From positions 5,574 to 69,573 of the forward strand of contig JAZOTM010000003.1 in the NCBI GenBank assembly GCA_045657625.1: DNA of 64,000 nt, written 5' to 3'. The stretch is from Lachnospiraceae bacterium (GTDB lineage Bacteria > Bacillota > Clostridia > Lachnospirales > Lachnospiraceae). This document shows positions 36,596-47,846 of the stretch, piece after piece. Under the pieces are notes generated by a model, which was not told the DNA's origin, made no database searches, and was given only the letters and a program-made list of their open reading frames with translations. Within the stretch, counting starts at the first letter, position 1. The number at the start of each line of letters is the position of its first letter. A program made the translations under genes and the position numbers.

Positions 36596-37213
36596 ATGTG
36601 TAAAGAGGTTTTGGAAATCGTTCAAGGGATGGATCGGAATGCATTGGAAACCCAGTTGGTTTTACAGTGTGCGCCAGTGATTTCTCGTTTAAAAGCATCA
36701 AATTTGTTAAATATTGGGGAAGATAAAGAACCCGCTTTATTGCAGATGCTGACAGATTCCGGCCTTTTGGCAGTGAAACTATTGACGGTATCCGGTAGAA
36801 GTACCTTTTTGGTTTATGAGCCTGTGAAATTGGAAAAGTATTTTCACATGCCGGCAGCAAAAAAAGGATTAAAGAACTTCGGGTACAAAGGAGATTCCCT
36901 GGAGGAATGGATTCAGGAATTTGGAATTCGTTTCCAGACCTACATGCTGACAAAACAAGAATTTCCTCATGAAGTAGGTTATTTGCTTGGATATCCGGTA
37001 GAGGATGTAGAGGGATTCGTAAAATACCACGGCCAAAATTATCTAGCTATGGGGTATTGGAAGGTATATGGACATGCTTCTGCGAAGCTTCGTTTGTTTG
37101 CACAGATGGAGAATGAGAAAGAGTATATGATTCAGCAACTTTCCAGACAAATCGCCATGGAAGATATTTTGCAAGAATATAGTTTACAGACACTGCAGAA
37201 AGCAGTTGTATAG
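36596..37213 (+). CDS. Hypothetical protein (DUF3793-like, flavodoxin-associated)
   Basis: 205-aa soluble protein immediately upstream of flavodoxin. The DUF assignment is from memory of this gene pairing and is unverified. Confidence 0.5.
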   Translation: MCKEVLEIVQGMDRNALETQLVLQCAPVISRLKASNLLNIGEDKEPALLQMLTDSGLLAVKLLTVSGRSTFLVYEPVKLEKYFHMPAAKKGLKNFGYKGDSLEEWIQEFGIRFQTYMLTKQEFPHEVGYLLGYPVEDVEGFVKYHGQNYLAMGYWKVYGHASAKLRLFAQMENEKEYMIQQLSRQIAMEDILQEYSLQTLQKAVV

Positions 37214-37222
37214 GAGGTTCAC

Positions 37223-37657
37223 ATGAGTAAGGTACAGGTAGTTTATTGGTCACAGTCAGGAAACACACAGGCTATGGCAGAAGCAGTTGGACAGGGAATC
37301 ACAGAGTCCGGAAATGAAGCTGCTGTTGTATATGTTGGAGAAGCATCTTTAGATGAGTTAAAGAATGCAAAAGCATTTGCTTTAGGATGCCCAGCTATGG
37401 GTGCTGAAGTATTAGAAGAAGGCGAAATGGAACCCTTCGTAGCAGAAGTTGAAAAATTCGCAGCTGGAAAGACCATCGCATTATTTGGTTCTTATGGCTG
37501 GGGAGATGGTGAATGGATGCGTGATTGGGTATCACGTATGCAGAGTGCAGGTGCAACCGTAGTAAACGGTGAAGGTTTAATCGTGAATGAGGCTCCGGAT
37601 GACAGCGCACTTTCTGAATGCAAAGCTCTTGGAAAGGCCGTTGCTGCAGCTTCATAA
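37223..37657 (+). CDS. fldA: Short-chain flavodoxin
   Basis: VVYWSQSGNTQAMAEAV FMN-phosphate loop and GSYGWGDGEWM. Confidence 0.9.
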   Translation: MSKVQVVYWSQSGNTQAMAEAVGQGITESGNEAAVVYVGEASLDELKNAKAFALGCPAMGAEVLEEGEMEPFVAEVEKFAAGKTIALFGSYGWGDGEWMRDWVSRMQSAGATVVNGEGLIVNEAPDDSALSECKALGKAVAAAS

Positions 37658-37674
37658 GCGTAAGAGGAGGCGTT

Positions 37675-37962
37675 ATGAGTGTAGTTATCGTAGGCGGACA
37701 TGACCGTATGGTGTGTCAGTATAAGAAAATTTGCAAAGAGTACAATTGCAAAGCGAAAGTTTTTACACAGATGTCCGGTAATTTGAGAAGCAAAATCGGA
37801 TCTCCGGATTTGGTAGTACTTTTTACAAACACAGTTTCTCATAAAATGATTCATTGTGCAGTAGATGAGGCGACAAAGTGCAATGCAGATATTGTTCGTT
37901 GTCACACCAGTAGTGCTACTGCTTTAAATGAAATATTAAAAGAAGCGTGTGCCGCTAGTTAA
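37675..37962 (+). CDS. DUF2325-like small protein
   Basis: Preferred start is ATG 37675 (SD GAGGAGG). Sequence VVIVGGHDRM...DLVVLFTNTVSHKM. Family assignment is from memory. Confidence 0.55.
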   Translation: MSVVIVGGHDRMVCQYKKICKEYNCKAKVFTQMSGNLRSKIGSPDLVVLFTNTVSHKMIHCAVDEATKCNADIVRCHTSSATALNEILKEACAAS

Positions 37963-38063
37963 TTTGTAGATTTTTCTACAACATGTTAAGAAGTAATTTT
38001 TTGGTTAAAAAAGGGCCGTTGCTCTGATGTTTGAAACATCCGGGGAGCGGTCTTTTTTTGGTA

Positions 38064-38098
38064 TTGACTTTATAATGAACATATGATTAAATGTTCAT
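38064..38098 (+). promoter_or_regulatory. arsR-family promoter overlapped by ATGAACAT-N8-ATGTTCAT palindrome
   Basis: TTGACT at 38064. Inverted repeat arms at 38075..38082 and 38091..38098. Confidence 0.55.
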
Positions 38099-38203
38099 AT
38101 AAAGATATGAAGAATACTTTAGAGGAAAAGTGATTCGAAAATAGTTGAAAAGCAAATCAAAAGATTTCCAAATGGGGAGTTTTGAAGGAAAGGAGGTCAA
38201 TGG

Positions 38204-38515
38204 ATGCTCAGAAATGAGGCAAAGTTTGCATCGGATTACGAGATGCTGGAGGAATTGGCGCAGCTCTATAAGAACTTTGGTGATGTGACCAGAATCCAAA
38301 TTTTAAAGGCGTTATCTGATGATAAGGCACTGACGGTGACAGAACTGACAGAGAAATTGAATATGACACAGTCGGCAGTGAGCCACCAATTAACCATTTT
38401 ACGTAATAGTAAATTGATCAAAGCGACCAGAGATGGAAAAAAGATGATTTACGAATTGGCAGACGAACATGTAAATACGATCTTATGCATTGGTTTAGAC
38501 CATGTAAATGAATAA
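38204..38515 (+). CDS. ArsR/SmtB-family metalloregulator (CadC-like)
   Basis: FGDVTRIQILKAL...LNMTQSAVSHQLTILR helix-turn-helix. Confidence 0.85.
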   Translation: MLRNEAKFASDYEMLEELAQLYKNFGDVTRIQILKALSDDKALTVTELTEKLNMTQSAVSHQLTILRNSKLIKATRDGKKMIYELADEHVNTILCIGLDHVNE

Positions 38516-38533
38516 AAAATGGAGGATTTTATT

Positions 38534-38752
38534 ATGAAAAAAACATATGGTATTGAAATTGATTGTGCAGCATGTGCAGCAAAGGTAGAAGAAGCAGCAA
38601 AGCAGGTAGCCGGAGTTAAGGAATTATCTATTTCTTTTATGACACAGAAGATGAAGGTAGATTACGAAGATGGCGTGGATGAAAGCGCTGTTTTAGATGA
38701 AATCTATAAGACCGGAAAGAAAATCGAACCTGATTTTTCTATTGAAAACTAA
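38534..38752 (+). CDS. Heavy-metal-associated (HMA) domain protein
   Basis: IDCAACAAKVE CxxC metal-binding loop. Preferred start is ATG 38534 (SD GGAGGA). Confidence 0.8.
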   Translation: MKKTYGIEIDCAACAAKVEEAAKQVAGVKELSISFMTQKMKVDYEDGVDESAVLDEIYKTGKKIEPDFSIEN

Positions 38753-38794
38753 GAAATATGAGACAGAGCAATTTGTGAGAAAGAAGGAATCAAA

Positions 38795-40687
38795 ATGAGT
38801 AAGAAACAAAAAAAGGCCTTATATCGAATTATAGCAGCGGTGGTGCTGTTTGCAATTTTATGGGTATTACCTTTGGATGGCATATTCCTTTATTTATTCT
38901 TGGTTCCCTATCTCATCGTTGGATATGACATTTTAAAAAAGGCAGTACTTGGCATTTTTCATCGACAGTTTTTAGATGAAAACTTTTTGATGAGTGTGGC
39001 TACCATAGGTGCCATGGTTTTAGGAGAAATGCAGGAAGCCGTTGCGGTTATGCTGTTTTACCAGATTGGTGAGTTGTTCCAAAGCTATGCAGTGGGTAAG
39101 AGTAGAAAAAATATTACTGCGTTGATGGATATTCGGCCGGATTATGCCAATGTGGAAATCGATGGAAAAGTCGAGCAGGTGGATCCGGATGATGTGGAAA
39201 TCGGTTCCGTGATTTTAGTACAAGCCGGAGAAAAAGTTCCTTTGGATGGAAAGGTTGTGGATGGATTTGCAACTTTAAACACCAGTGCTTTAACCGGAGA
39301 GAGTCTTCCGAGAGAGGTAAAAGTAGGAGACGAAGTCCTTAGTGGTTGCGTCAATATGAATGGCGTGCTTCGTGTGGAAACTACAAAGGAATTTGGGGAG
39401 TCTACGGTTTCTAAGATTCTGGAATTGGTAGAAAACTCCAGTATGAAAAAAGCAAAAACCGAAAAATTTATTTCTCGTTTTGCAAAGTATTACACCCCAA
39501 TCGTATGTTTTGGCGCTTTGGCGCTGGCAGTTTTACCACCAATGATTCAGGCGGTGATGGGACAGAACCCGGAGATTTCTAAGTGGGTGTTCCGTGCATT
39601 GAACTTCTTGGTTATTAGTTGCCCTTGTGCCCTTGTTATTTCCATTCCGCTCAGTTTCTTTGGAGGAATTGGTGGAGCCTCAGCAAAGGGAATTTTGGTA
39701 AAAGGTTCCAATTACTTGGAAGTCTTATCTCAGGTGAAATACATGGTTTTTGATAAGACAGGTACTTTGACCAAGGGTGTTTTCCAGGTGACGGAAGTGC
39801 AACCGATCGAGGGTGTGACCAAGGAAGAACTTTTGCAAGTTGCAGCTATGGTGGAAAGCTATTCCAATCATCCGATTGCAAAGAGCATCAAAGAAGCTTA
39901 TGGAAAATCCGGAATGGATGCGCGAAATACAGACGATCTTTCTCAGGTAAAAGAGGAGGGTGGCTACGGAATTGAAGCGAAAATCCGAGAAATTCCGGTG
40001 GCAGTCGGAAACAACCATTTGATGGAACGTTTGGGCATTACACCACAAAAGGTGACATCTGTCGGAACTGTTTTGTATGTGGCAAAAGAGGGTGCATACA
40101 TTGGCTACTTAGTGATTTCCGATGTGATGAAACCGGAAACAGAAGGTGCCTTAAAGAATTTGAAAAAAGCAGGTATTCGTAAGAATATTATGTTGACCGG
40201 TGACCGGAAAGAAGTGGCTGATCGGGTGGCAGAATCCTTGGCCATTGATGAAGTCTTTAGTGAACTTTTGCCGGGGGACAAAGTAGAAAAAGTCGAAGCT
40301 GTATTAGCAGCTGCCGGTGAAAAAGAAGCAGTGGCATTCGTGGGAGATGGCGTCAATGATGCACCGGTACTTTCCCGTGTAGATGTGGGTATCGCCATGG
40401 GAGCCATGGGCAGTGACGCAGCCATTGAAGCAGCGGATATCGTTTTGATGGACGATAATCCGGAAAAGATTGCTTTGGCCATTGCGATTGCAAAGAAAAC
40501 CATGTGTATCGTTTATGAAAACATTACCTTTGCCATTGGTGTAAAAATCTTATTTTTGATTTTAAGTGCTTTCGGTCTTGTAGGTATGTGGTGGGCGATT
40601 TTCGCAGATGTTGGAGTAATGATTTTGGCAGTGTTAAATGCTATGAGAGCATTGACTTTGTCAGAGAAAAAAACGCAAGCGAAGTAA
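38795..40687 (+). CDS. cadA: Cd/Zn/Co-type P1B ATPase
   Basis: SCPCALVIS (CPC), DKTGTLT and GDGVNDAP. The N-terminal HMA domain is encoded separately upstream. Confidence 0.9.
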   Translation: MSKKQKKALYRIIAAVVLFAILWVLPLDGIFLYLFLVPYLIVGYDILKKAVLGIFHRQFLDENFLMSVATIGAMVLGEMQEAVAVMLFYQIGELFQSYAVGKSRKNITALMDIRPDYANVEIDGKVEQVDPDDVEIGSVILVQAGEKVPLDGKVVDGFATLNTSALTGESLPREVKVGDEVLSGCVNMNGVLRVETTKEFGESTVSKILELVENSSMKKAKTEKFISRFAKYYTPIVCFGALALAVLPPMIQAVMGQNPEISKWVFRALNFLVISCPCALVISIPLSFFGGIGGASAKGILVKGSNYLEVLSQVKYMVFDKTGTLTKGVFQVTEVQPIEGVTKEELLQVAAMVESYSNHPIAKSIKEAYGKSGMDARNTDDLSQVKEEGGYGIEAKIREIPVAVGNNHLMERLGITPQKVTSVGTVLYVAKEGAYIGYLVISDVMKPETEGALKNLKKAGIRKNIMLTGDRKEVADRVAESLAIDEVFSELLPGDKVEKVEAVLAAAGEKEAVAFVGDGVNDAPVLSRVDVGIAMGAMGSDAAIEAADIVLMDDNPEKIALAIAIAKKTMCIVYENITFAIGVKILFLILSAFGLVGMWWAIFADVGVMILAVLNAMRALTLSEKKTQAK

Positions 40688-40722
40688 CTATTTCGCGGAG
40701 CGTCTGGATAAAAAAATGAGGG

Positions 40723-42081
40723 CTACGGATTTTTCCGTAGCCCTTTTGGATAGTGATTTTTCATAATGTTTCCTGCGAGTTTTCCAAAACCGAGACTGTA
40801 GCCTTCTACGGTAATCAGGTGGAAGCCCTTTTCTCCTTCGGCAGGGAAAGTCAAACCTTGCAGGTAGGATTTTGCTTCTTCGATTGTTAAATTTGTTTTT
40901 CGCGTAACCTCTTCTGAAGATAGGGAGAGTGCTAATGCATGGGCGGGTTCAAATCGTCCTTTTTTTATGGTACCTAAGTGTAGTCCCGGACGCAAAACTT
41001 TTAATCCCGCAAGGGAAGGAGACTCTTCCGGTAAAAGATAGAGCTGATCTTTGTTCAACAACACTTTTCCGGTAAGCATTTCATTGCCTGCAGGAGTCAA
41101 GAAGGACTGGGAAAAATCTTCCCATTCTTTTGGAAATTTGGGATAGTTTTTTGCAACTTCGGTAATTGGACAAAGTCCATCTTTTTCCAAAACAGCGAGG
41201 TAATGTCCTTCGCCTTTTAACAGGTGTGGCCATAAACGAATGGTTTTTGTCAGTTCGACATTGTTGTCCGTACTCCATTCCGGACGACCGGCAGCCATGC
41301 CACCTACTTTTTCTGCATCCACGAGATGAAATTCCGGATGCGCTGCTAAAAAGTGAGAAATCACCTGCTCATTTTCCTCCGGGGAAAAGGTACAAGTGGA
41401 ATAACACATGCGACCACCCGGCAATAGCATGGCAGCGGCATGCTCTAAAATCTCTTTTTGTCGATCCGCGCAGAGTAAAACATTTTCTTCGTTCCATTGT
41501 GCTGTGGCTTCCTCATTTTTTCGGAACATACCCTCGCCGGAACAAGGAGCGTCGACTAATATGCGGTGGAAGAACCCGGGAAAATGTTGGTGTAAAGTAC
41601 CGGCATCTTCGTTGGTGACAATGGCATTTCGTATGCCGAGACGTTCTATGTTTTCGGACAAGATTTTTGCTCTGGCCGGATGGACTTCATTGGTGATTAA
41701 AAGACCGGATCCCTGCAATTTCCCAGCGATTTGTGTGGATTTTCCGCCGGGGGCAGCACACAAATCCAAAACCCGTTGTCCCGGCTCTACCTGTAAATAT
41801 TCTACAGGAGCCATGGCGCTCGGTTCTTGGATGTAATATAATCCTGCTTCATGGAAAGGGTGTTTTCCGGGACGTTCGGAATCTTCATAATAAAATCCGG
41901 TTTCAGCCCAAGGAATAGGACTTAATGAAAAAGTATCTTTTAGCAAAGAGTCCTCTTTTTTTACTTTCAAAGGATTGATGCGCAAACCGTGATATTCCAC
42001 GGCGTCATATCCTTGGAAAAAAGAATCCCATTCTTCCTGTAAGAGGTTCTTCATTTTTTCTTGAAATAATTCTGGTAACAT
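40723..42081 (-). CDS. rsmF: RsmB/RsmF-family rRNA m5C methyltransferase
   Basis: DLCAAPGGKSTQ SAM motif and DAPCSGEGMFRK catalytic Cys motif. Confidence 0.85.
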   Translation of the reverse strand: MLPELFQEKMKNLLQEEWDSFFQGYDAVEYHGLRINPLKVKKEDSLLKDTFSLSPIPWAETGFYYEDSERPGKHPFHEAGLYYIQEPSAMAPVEYLQVEPGQRVLDLCAAPGGKSTQIAGKLQGSGLLITNEVHPARAKILSENIERLGIRNAIVTNEDAGTLHQHFPGFFHRILVDAPCSGEGMFRKNEEATAQWNEENVLLCADRQKEILEHAAAMLLPGGRMCYSTCTFSPEENEQVISHFLAAHPEFHLVDAEKVGGMAAGRPEWSTDNNVELTKTIRLWPHLLKGEGHYLAVLEKDGLCPITEVAKNYPKFPKEWEDFSQSFLTPAGNEMLTGKVLLNKDQLYLLPEESPSLAGLKVLRPGLHLGTIKKGRFEPAHALALSLSSEEVTRKTNLTIEEAKSYLQGLTFPAEGEKGFHLITVEGYSLGFGKLAGNIMKNHYPKGLRKNP

Positions 42082-42259
42082 GCCTACTCCTTTTTGGTGA
42101 TTTTTCGTTTCTAAAATACTTTGTTCATTATATCACGCGGTTTCTACTAGACAAATAAAATTTTCTGTACTACAATAGATTATATTTATATTAGGTACGT
42201 ACATCTATAACGAGTGGTTATATCGCGTATAAGTGTAAGACAGGATGGAGGATAAAGTA

Positions 42260-43285
42260 ATGGAAAAGAAGAATCTTGATTGGGCCAACATTGGATTTGG
42301 CTATCAGCAAGCGGATTATCGCTATGTATCCTATTATAAGAATGGAAAATGGGATGATGGTGAAATTATCACAGACGCAAATATCACTTTGAATGAATGT
42401 GCCGGTGTATTTCAGTATGCACAGACCGTATTCGAAGGATTAAAAGCATATACAACAGAGGATGGACATATTGTCTGCTTTAGACCTGACTTGAATGCGT
42501 CTCGTTTGTGCGACTCCGCAGCTAGACTTGAAATGCCGATTTTCCCGGAAGAGCGTTTCTTGGATGCTGTAAAGCAGGTAGTGCTTGCAAATGAAGCATG
42601 GGTACCACCTTATGGTTCCGGTGCAACACTTTATATTCGCCCATATATGATGGGAACCAATCCGGTTATTGGGGTAAAACCGGCAGATGAATATATGTTC
42701 CGTATTTTGGTTACTCCGGTAGGACCATATTTTAAAGGCGGCGCTAAGCCAATTACTATTAAGGTTTCTGACTATGATCGTGCAGCACCACATGGAACCG
42801 GTCATATCAAAGCTGGTTTGAACTACGCTATGAGTTTGCATGCGATTGTACAGGCTCATGAAGAAGGATATTCTGAAAATATGTACTTGGATGCAGCTAC
42901 ACGCACCAAGGTAGAAGAAACCGGTGGAGCAAACTTCATTTTCATTACAAAAGACGGAAAATTGGTTACTCCAAAGTCTGATAGTATTTTACCTTCCATT
43001 ACCAGACGCTCTATCATGGTAGTTGCTGAAAAATATTTGGGACTTACGGTAGAACATAGAGAAGTTGCATTTGATGAAGTGAAAGACTTTGCAGAATGTG
43101 GACTTTGCGGAACTGCAGCAGTCATTTCTCCGGTAGGAAAAATCGTAGATCACGGCAACGAGATTTGCTTCCCAACCGGTATGGATGAAATGGGACCGAC
43201 CTTAAAGAAATTATATGATACATTAACCGGTATTCAGATGGGACAGATTGAAGCACCGGAAGGATGGATTTATACCATCAAATAA
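42260..43285 (+). CDS. ilvE: Branched-chain amino acid aminotransferase
   Basis: FEGLKAY, LYIRPYMMG and ETGGANFIFI motifs. Preferred start is ATG 42260 (SD GGAGGA). Confidence 0.85.
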   Translation: MEKKNLDWANIGFGYQQADYRYVSYYKNGKWDDGEIITDANITLNECAGVFQYAQTVFEGLKAYTTEDGHIVCFRPDLNASRLCDSAARLEMPIFPEERFLDAVKQVVLANEAWVPPYGSGATLYIRPYMMGTNPVIGVKPADEYMFRILVTPVGPYFKGGAKPITIKVSDYDRAAPHGTGHIKAGLNYAMSLHAIVQAHEEGYSENMYLDAATRTKVEETGGANFIFITKDGKLVTPKSDSILPSITRRSIMVVAEKYLGLTVEHREVAFDEVKDFAECGLCGTAAVISPVGKIVDHGNEICFPTGMDEMGPTLKKLYDTLTGIQMGQIEAPEGWIYTIK

Positions 43286-43290
43286 TAGAC

Positions 43291-43334
43291 AAAAAAAAGG
43301 CTTTTCTTCCGAATTGGAAGAAAAGCCTTTTTTT
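43291..43334. terminator. Bidirectional terminator between convergent genes
   Basis: AAGGCTTTTCTTCC-GAATT-GGAAGAAAAGCCTT, flanked by A8 and T6. Confidence 0.85.
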
Positions 43335-44985
43335 ATACCGGATGTAGTGCTTTTAAGCGCTTTTTGTCTTCGTACATTTGTTGGTCGGCACGGTCTCTGG
43401 TGTCTTCTAAATTGCGGTCGGTATTGGGATCGAAAATCGCGTAACCGGCGGCAATTTGAATGGGAAAAGCGCCGGCAATTAAACCGGCTTCTTCTTCCCT
43501 TAGGTGAAGTTCGTAAAGATAAACCGGAAGATTGACTTCATCTGCATGGGGGATGAGTACACAAAATTCATCGCCGCCAATGCGGTAAACTTCTCCAATG
43601 GGGGAGAAAAGTTGTTTGATAATCATGGCAGCTTTGGTTAAGTAATGATCACCGGAACTGTGTCCGTGGGAATCATTGACTTCCTTTAGGTAATTCAAAT
43701 CAAAGGACACGATGCCATAATTTTTCTTTTCTATGATGTTACTCATTCTCTGTTCATAAGCGTTGCGGTTATTGAGACCGGTCAAAATATCTTTGATTGC
43801 TAACTCTTTGTAGATCTCCAGTCGTCTTGCTTCAAATTGTAAGTCCATGTTGTCCATGGAAACCCCGTACCAAAGGAACGCACAGTAAACTAAAAAGCAA
43901 GTAACCGGAAGTACCATCAAATGTGAAAAACGGAAGAAGTAGAACACGATGGTAACACTTAAACCAAAGGCCAAGGAGAAGAGCCCGTAGGCATTCATAT
44001 AAACACGGCGGTCGGGCTTTCTGGTAGTGAGTCGTTTGATGGTGACGTAAATCAGATAAATAACTTCAATCACCATTAAGATAGCCGGAATAAATGCGGT
44101 TTCTCGGTAACAAGCAAGTCCTGTGATTTGTAAGAACAGGGATAGTAAAATATTGAACTGACAAATCATGCAAAGCACATTGCAAAATTTTTTTTCACGA
44201 ACCATAAAGTAATTTCTTACAAAGAGAATAAATGGTACCGGGAGTAAGGATAAAATGACGTAACTTCCAAAGTAAATAAAAATCGGATTGTCAATCACAA
44301 TGAGGAAGAAGTCGCTTTTGAATATGGTCCAAAGCCCCAAGATGGAACTAAAGATTCCGAAGGACAACATATAACTGTTGTTTCTGCTGTGTTTTGAGAA
44401 GAAACTCCAGTGCATAATAAGGTAAAAGCCGATGACAAAGATGATAAAACTTAAGGTGATTTCCGGCAAAGATTTCAAAATAATGTAACGATAAATGCTG
44501 ACACCGCTACCGTAGAGGAAGGAGACATCCAACATTTTCAAACTGGGGAAAATGCGTTTCACTCGGATTTCCAGGGTAGAGCAGGTGTTGGAAGGTGTGT
44601 AAATATTCCAAACGTTTCCGGTGGTTCCGCCAAAGATGGAATTGGCTTCCCGCAGGGAATACACCAAGGTACCGTCTTCAAAAATGTCGACGGTTTGATG
44701 CTTGGTGTAGAAGACAAAGGTATGATTGTCTAGTCTGTATTTGCTGGTAGATTGTTTTTCTTCATTGAATTTTTCGTTCGTAGAAAGATTTTCCATGTCG
44801 AACGTGTAGGTATAGACATCGGTTTCATAGGATGCAGTGTTTGGTTCCACAAAAGAAAAATCGTTGTTTCCAAAACGAGAAAGATAAGAACTTTGCACAT
44901 AAGAAATCACAACAATCAGGGTGCAGATTGCTACTAAAAAGGCATACATGATGTTGATTTTTTTTGGCAAAGAATTTTGAAACAT
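43333..44985 (-). CDS. Membrane-bound sensor diguanylate cyclase (GGDEF)
   Basis: N-terminal periplasmic-like domain plus about 7 TM. C-terminal GLNNRNAY...YRIGGDEFCVLI. Confidence 0.85.
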   Translation of the reverse strand: MFQNSLPKKINIMYAFLVAICTLIVVISYVQSSYLSRFGNNDFSFVEPNTASYETDVYTYTFDMENLSTNEKFNEEKQSTSKYRLDNHTFVFYTKHQTVDIFEDGTLVYSLREANSIFGGTTGNVWNIYTPSNTCSTLEIRVKRIFPSLKMLDVSFLYGSGVSIYRYIILKSLPEITLSFIIFVIGFYLIMHWSFFSKHSRNNSYMLSFGIFSSILGLWTIFKSDFFLIVIDNPIFIYFGSYVILSLLPVPFILFVRNYFMVREKKFCNVLCMICQFNILLSLFLQITGLACYRETAFIPAILMVIEVIYLIYVTIKRLTTRKPDRRVYMNAYGLFSLAFGLSVTIVFYFFRFSHLMVLPVTCFLVYCAFLWYGVSMDNMDLQFEARRLEIYKELAIKDILTGLNNRNAYEQRMSNIIEKKNYGIVSFDLNYLKEVNDSHGHSSGDHYLTKAAMIIKQLFSPIGEVYRIGGDEFCVLIPHADEVNLPVYLYELHLREEEAGLIAGAFPIQIAAGYAIFDPNTDRNLEDTRDRADQQMYEDKKRLKALHPV

Positions 44986-45181
44986 AATATTAACCTCACT
45001 ATATAAAAATTATAGCATTCTGTAAGGGTTTCAATTATTAAAGAAATCGAAAAATAGGGAAGTTTTTGGAAACTGTTTCATAAGAGAAAGTGTTGAAAAA
45101 AAGCGGTTTTTTGTATAAAATAGAGAACATATAGTGGCATACTATAGCACAAACTAGATTATAGGTTAGGGATACGTTTTT

Positions 45182-47833
45182 ATGCAGGATTATTTAGGGA
45201 GAGTAGATGTTTCAATGGATGATTATAGTCAGGCATTATTAGACAGTAATGTCATGCAGGAATTACAGGATCGTTTTTGTAGAGCGCAAAACGTCTACGC
45301 AGTATGTTTCAGTCGCACCCAGGGACTTGTGACAAAGGCATACGGGAGCAAAGAAGAACATTCCTATCTTTATGAGCGAATCGATATGGGGATTTATATG
45401 GATTTAATGAATCGGCTCATAAGCTCGGATTTGGAGAGCGTGGTGGAAGCGGATGTGGCAGATCCGCATTTGAAGTGTTGTGGTGTGGCAGTCCGCATAG
45501 AGGATTCCATTGCTGCGATTTGGGTTGTCATGGGGGTGATAGCCGATGAAGCAGACGAGGAAATTCCGGATTACATAGCAGTAACTTCAGAAGAGCGTTT
45601 TTATCATTGCTTGGAGTTCTTGGAGAGTTTATCGAAACAGTTTTTGCAGTCTAAGTTAAAAGAACTGTTTATCGAAGAAAAGTATCAGCGGACAAAGGAA
45701 GCACAGGAAGAAGTAGAGCTACAGCTGAAGCGAAATGAGGCAGTGACCAGCATTGTGCAGCAGTTGGAAAGTGACGAAGAATTTTCTGTGATTGTGAAGG
45801 ATATCTTACAGGAGGTTTGTACCTATCTGGATATCAGTAGTGCTTCTTTATTGCGTTATGAAAAAGACAATGCATATTTGGATGTCATTTGTGAATATGT
45901 TTCAAAATCAGGAGTATCTTACAAGGATCGGGGACAGCATGTGCCAAGGGAAAAACTACCCTTTGCAACAGGAAAACCCTATATTATTTCCGCCGGATCC
46001 ATGAAGCCGGTGGAATTCGAGACTTTTTTCCAAAAAGAGGCGATTCTTGCAGGCGTGAGTCTTCCGATAGAAATCAACGGAAAAGTCAGCATGTATGTTT
46101 GCTTCGTGGAAAATACCGTGGATCGTACCTGGGAAAATGCGGATTTGAAGTTTTTGAATGATGTAAAACAGATCATTCAGAGTATTTTATCCAAGAGAAT
46201 TGCAAAGAATTCATTGGCTAGTTCTTATGCGTCCTTGGAGGCTATTTTGGAAAATGTGGGTTGTGGTATTTATGTGACCGATCGCTTTAGCGGCAAGATT
46301 TTATTCCGCAATCAGACTTTTCGGGATATGTTCCAGAATTCCGGTGAAGATGTGCGGATTCAGGACATTATCGGAGAAGTATCTGAAACAGAGCAGGAGT
46401 TCTCGGAAATCTTTATGGATGCAGAGGACGGCTGGTATGATGTACGGCATATTCAGATTCACTGGGTAGATGGTAGAGAAGTCGATTTGTATACGATTTA
46501 CGATATCACTGCCAAGAAAAAGAGTCAGCAGGAGATTGAACGTCAGGCCAATAACGATTATTTGACCGGACTTTACAATCGTCGTCGTTGCGAAGAAGAT
46601 TTGGCAAAATATATTGCGCAGTGCAAGGAGTTCCGCGGAAATGGAGCCCTGTTGTATATGGATTTGGATGATTTTAAGCATATCAATGATGGCTTAGGAC
46701 ATCAGTACGGAGATGTATTGCTTCGTTCGATTTCTCATTGTCTGCAAAATATTAACGGTATTGAAAATACCTGCTATCGTATGGGCGGCGATGAATTTAC
46801 GGTTATTTTGCCTTACCATCAAGTGCATCTGCTGGATCAGGTGTTGGATGAAATTCGTGGTATTTTTGCAAAGCCATGGTATTTGAAAGATCGGGATTCT
46901 TATTGTTCCATCAGTATCGGTGTTGTGCGGTTTCCGGAGAGCGGAGATGATGTGCAGGATCTGATAAAAAAAGCAGATATTGCTTTGTACGAAGCAAAAC
47001 GCCAAGGAAAAAATACGGTGGTCATGTATGACGATAAAGTGGAGCTTACTTCTTTCCGACGCATCGATATGGAAAAGAATTTGCGTGAAGCGGTGATTAA
47101 TGGTTGCCGTGAATTTGAAGTTTATTACCAACCGGTAGTGAATATTCAGAGTCCCGGAAATCCTTGCCATGGAGCGGAGGCTTTGATTCGTTGGAATTCC
47201 GAGAATCTTGGTATGGTTAGTCCGGTGGATTTTATTCCGTTGGCAGAGTATTTGCGTTTGATCAATCCCATTGGGGACTTTATTTTGGAAGAGGCGTGCA
47301 AACGTTGCAAATATTGGAATGATTATGGACATCCGGAGTATCGCATCAATATTAATTTGTCTGTGGTACAGCTTTTGCAAAACGATATTGCAGAGCGAAT
47401 TCGAAATGTCATTCGCCGTACCCAGGTGAAACCTACCAATATTACTTTGGAGGTTACGGAAAGTCTGGCTATCAGTGATATGACACGTATGAAGAAGGTA
47501 TTGGCAGAGATCAAAAAAGTCGGTGTTTGGATTGCTTTGGATGATTTTGGAACCGGCTATTCTTCCTTGAATCATATTCGGGAATTGCCGATTGATATTA
47601 TTAAAATTGACCGCTGCTTTGTAGTGGATATTGGAAAAGATGAATATTCCGAAGTCTTCGTCAAAATGGTAACAGAACTTTCAGAGACCTTAGGCGTGCA
47701 GGTGTGCGTAGAAGGGGTGGAAGAAGATGTGCAGTTTGACAAAATTCGGGAAATGAACGTGCAGTTTATTCAGGGTTATTATTTTGATAAGCCGATGACT
47801 GCAGAAGCTTTTGAAGCGAAGTATTTGAAATAA
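45182..47833 (+). CDS. Multidomain GAF/PAS-GGDEF-EAL c-di-GMP protein
   Basis: YRMGGDEFTVIL, EALIRW and DDFGTGYSSL. Both catalytic motifs look intact. Confidence 0.9.
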   Translation: MQDYLGRVDVSMDDYSQALLDSNVMQELQDRFCRAQNVYAVCFSRTQGLVTKAYGSKEEHSYLYERIDMGIYMDLMNRLISSDLESVVEADVADPHLKCCGVAVRIEDSIAAIWVVMGVIADEADEEIPDYIAVTSEERFYHCLEFLESLSKQFLQSKLKELFIEEKYQRTKEAQEEVELQLKRNEAVTSIVQQLESDEEFSVIVKDILQEVCTYLDISSASLLRYEKDNAYLDVICEYVSKSGVSYKDRGQHVPREKLPFATGKPYIISAGSMKPVEFETFFQKEAILAGVSLPIEINGKVSMYVCFVENTVDRTWENADLKFLNDVKQIIQSILSKRIAKNSLASSYASLEAILENVGCGIYVTDRFSGKILFRNQTFRDMFQNSGEDVRIQDIIGEVSETEQEFSEIFMDAEDGWYDVRHIQIHWVDGREVDLYTIYDITAKKKSQQEIERQANNDYLTGLYNRRRCEEDLAKYIAQCKEFRGNGALLYMDLDDFKHINDGLGHQYGDVLLRSISHCLQNINGIENTCYRMGGDEFTVILPYHQVHLLDQVLDEIRGIFAKPWYLKDRDSYCSISIGVVRFPESGDDVQDLIKKADIALYEAKRQGKNTVVMYDDKVELTSFRRIDMEKNLREAVINGCREFEVYYQPVVNIQSPGNPCHGAEALIRWNSENLGMVSPVDFIPLAEYLRLINPIGDFILEEACKRCKYWNDYGHPEYRININLSVVQLLQNDIAERIRNVIRRTQVKPTNITLEVTESLAISDMTRMKKVLAEIKKVGVWIALDDFGTGYSSLNHIRELPIDIIKIDRCFVVDIGKDEYSEVFVKMVTELSETLGVQVCVEGVEEDVQFDKIREMNVQFIQGYYFDKPMTAEAFEAKYLK

Positions 47834-47846
47834 GGGAGATTTGAGA

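Noticed and set aside
46694-47575. 293-aa minus-strand ORF inside the GGDEF-EAL gene.
   Set aside because: It is antisense to a CDS with intact GGDEF and EAL motifs. Its I/N/Q-rich composition is typical of the antisense frame of AT-rich genes.
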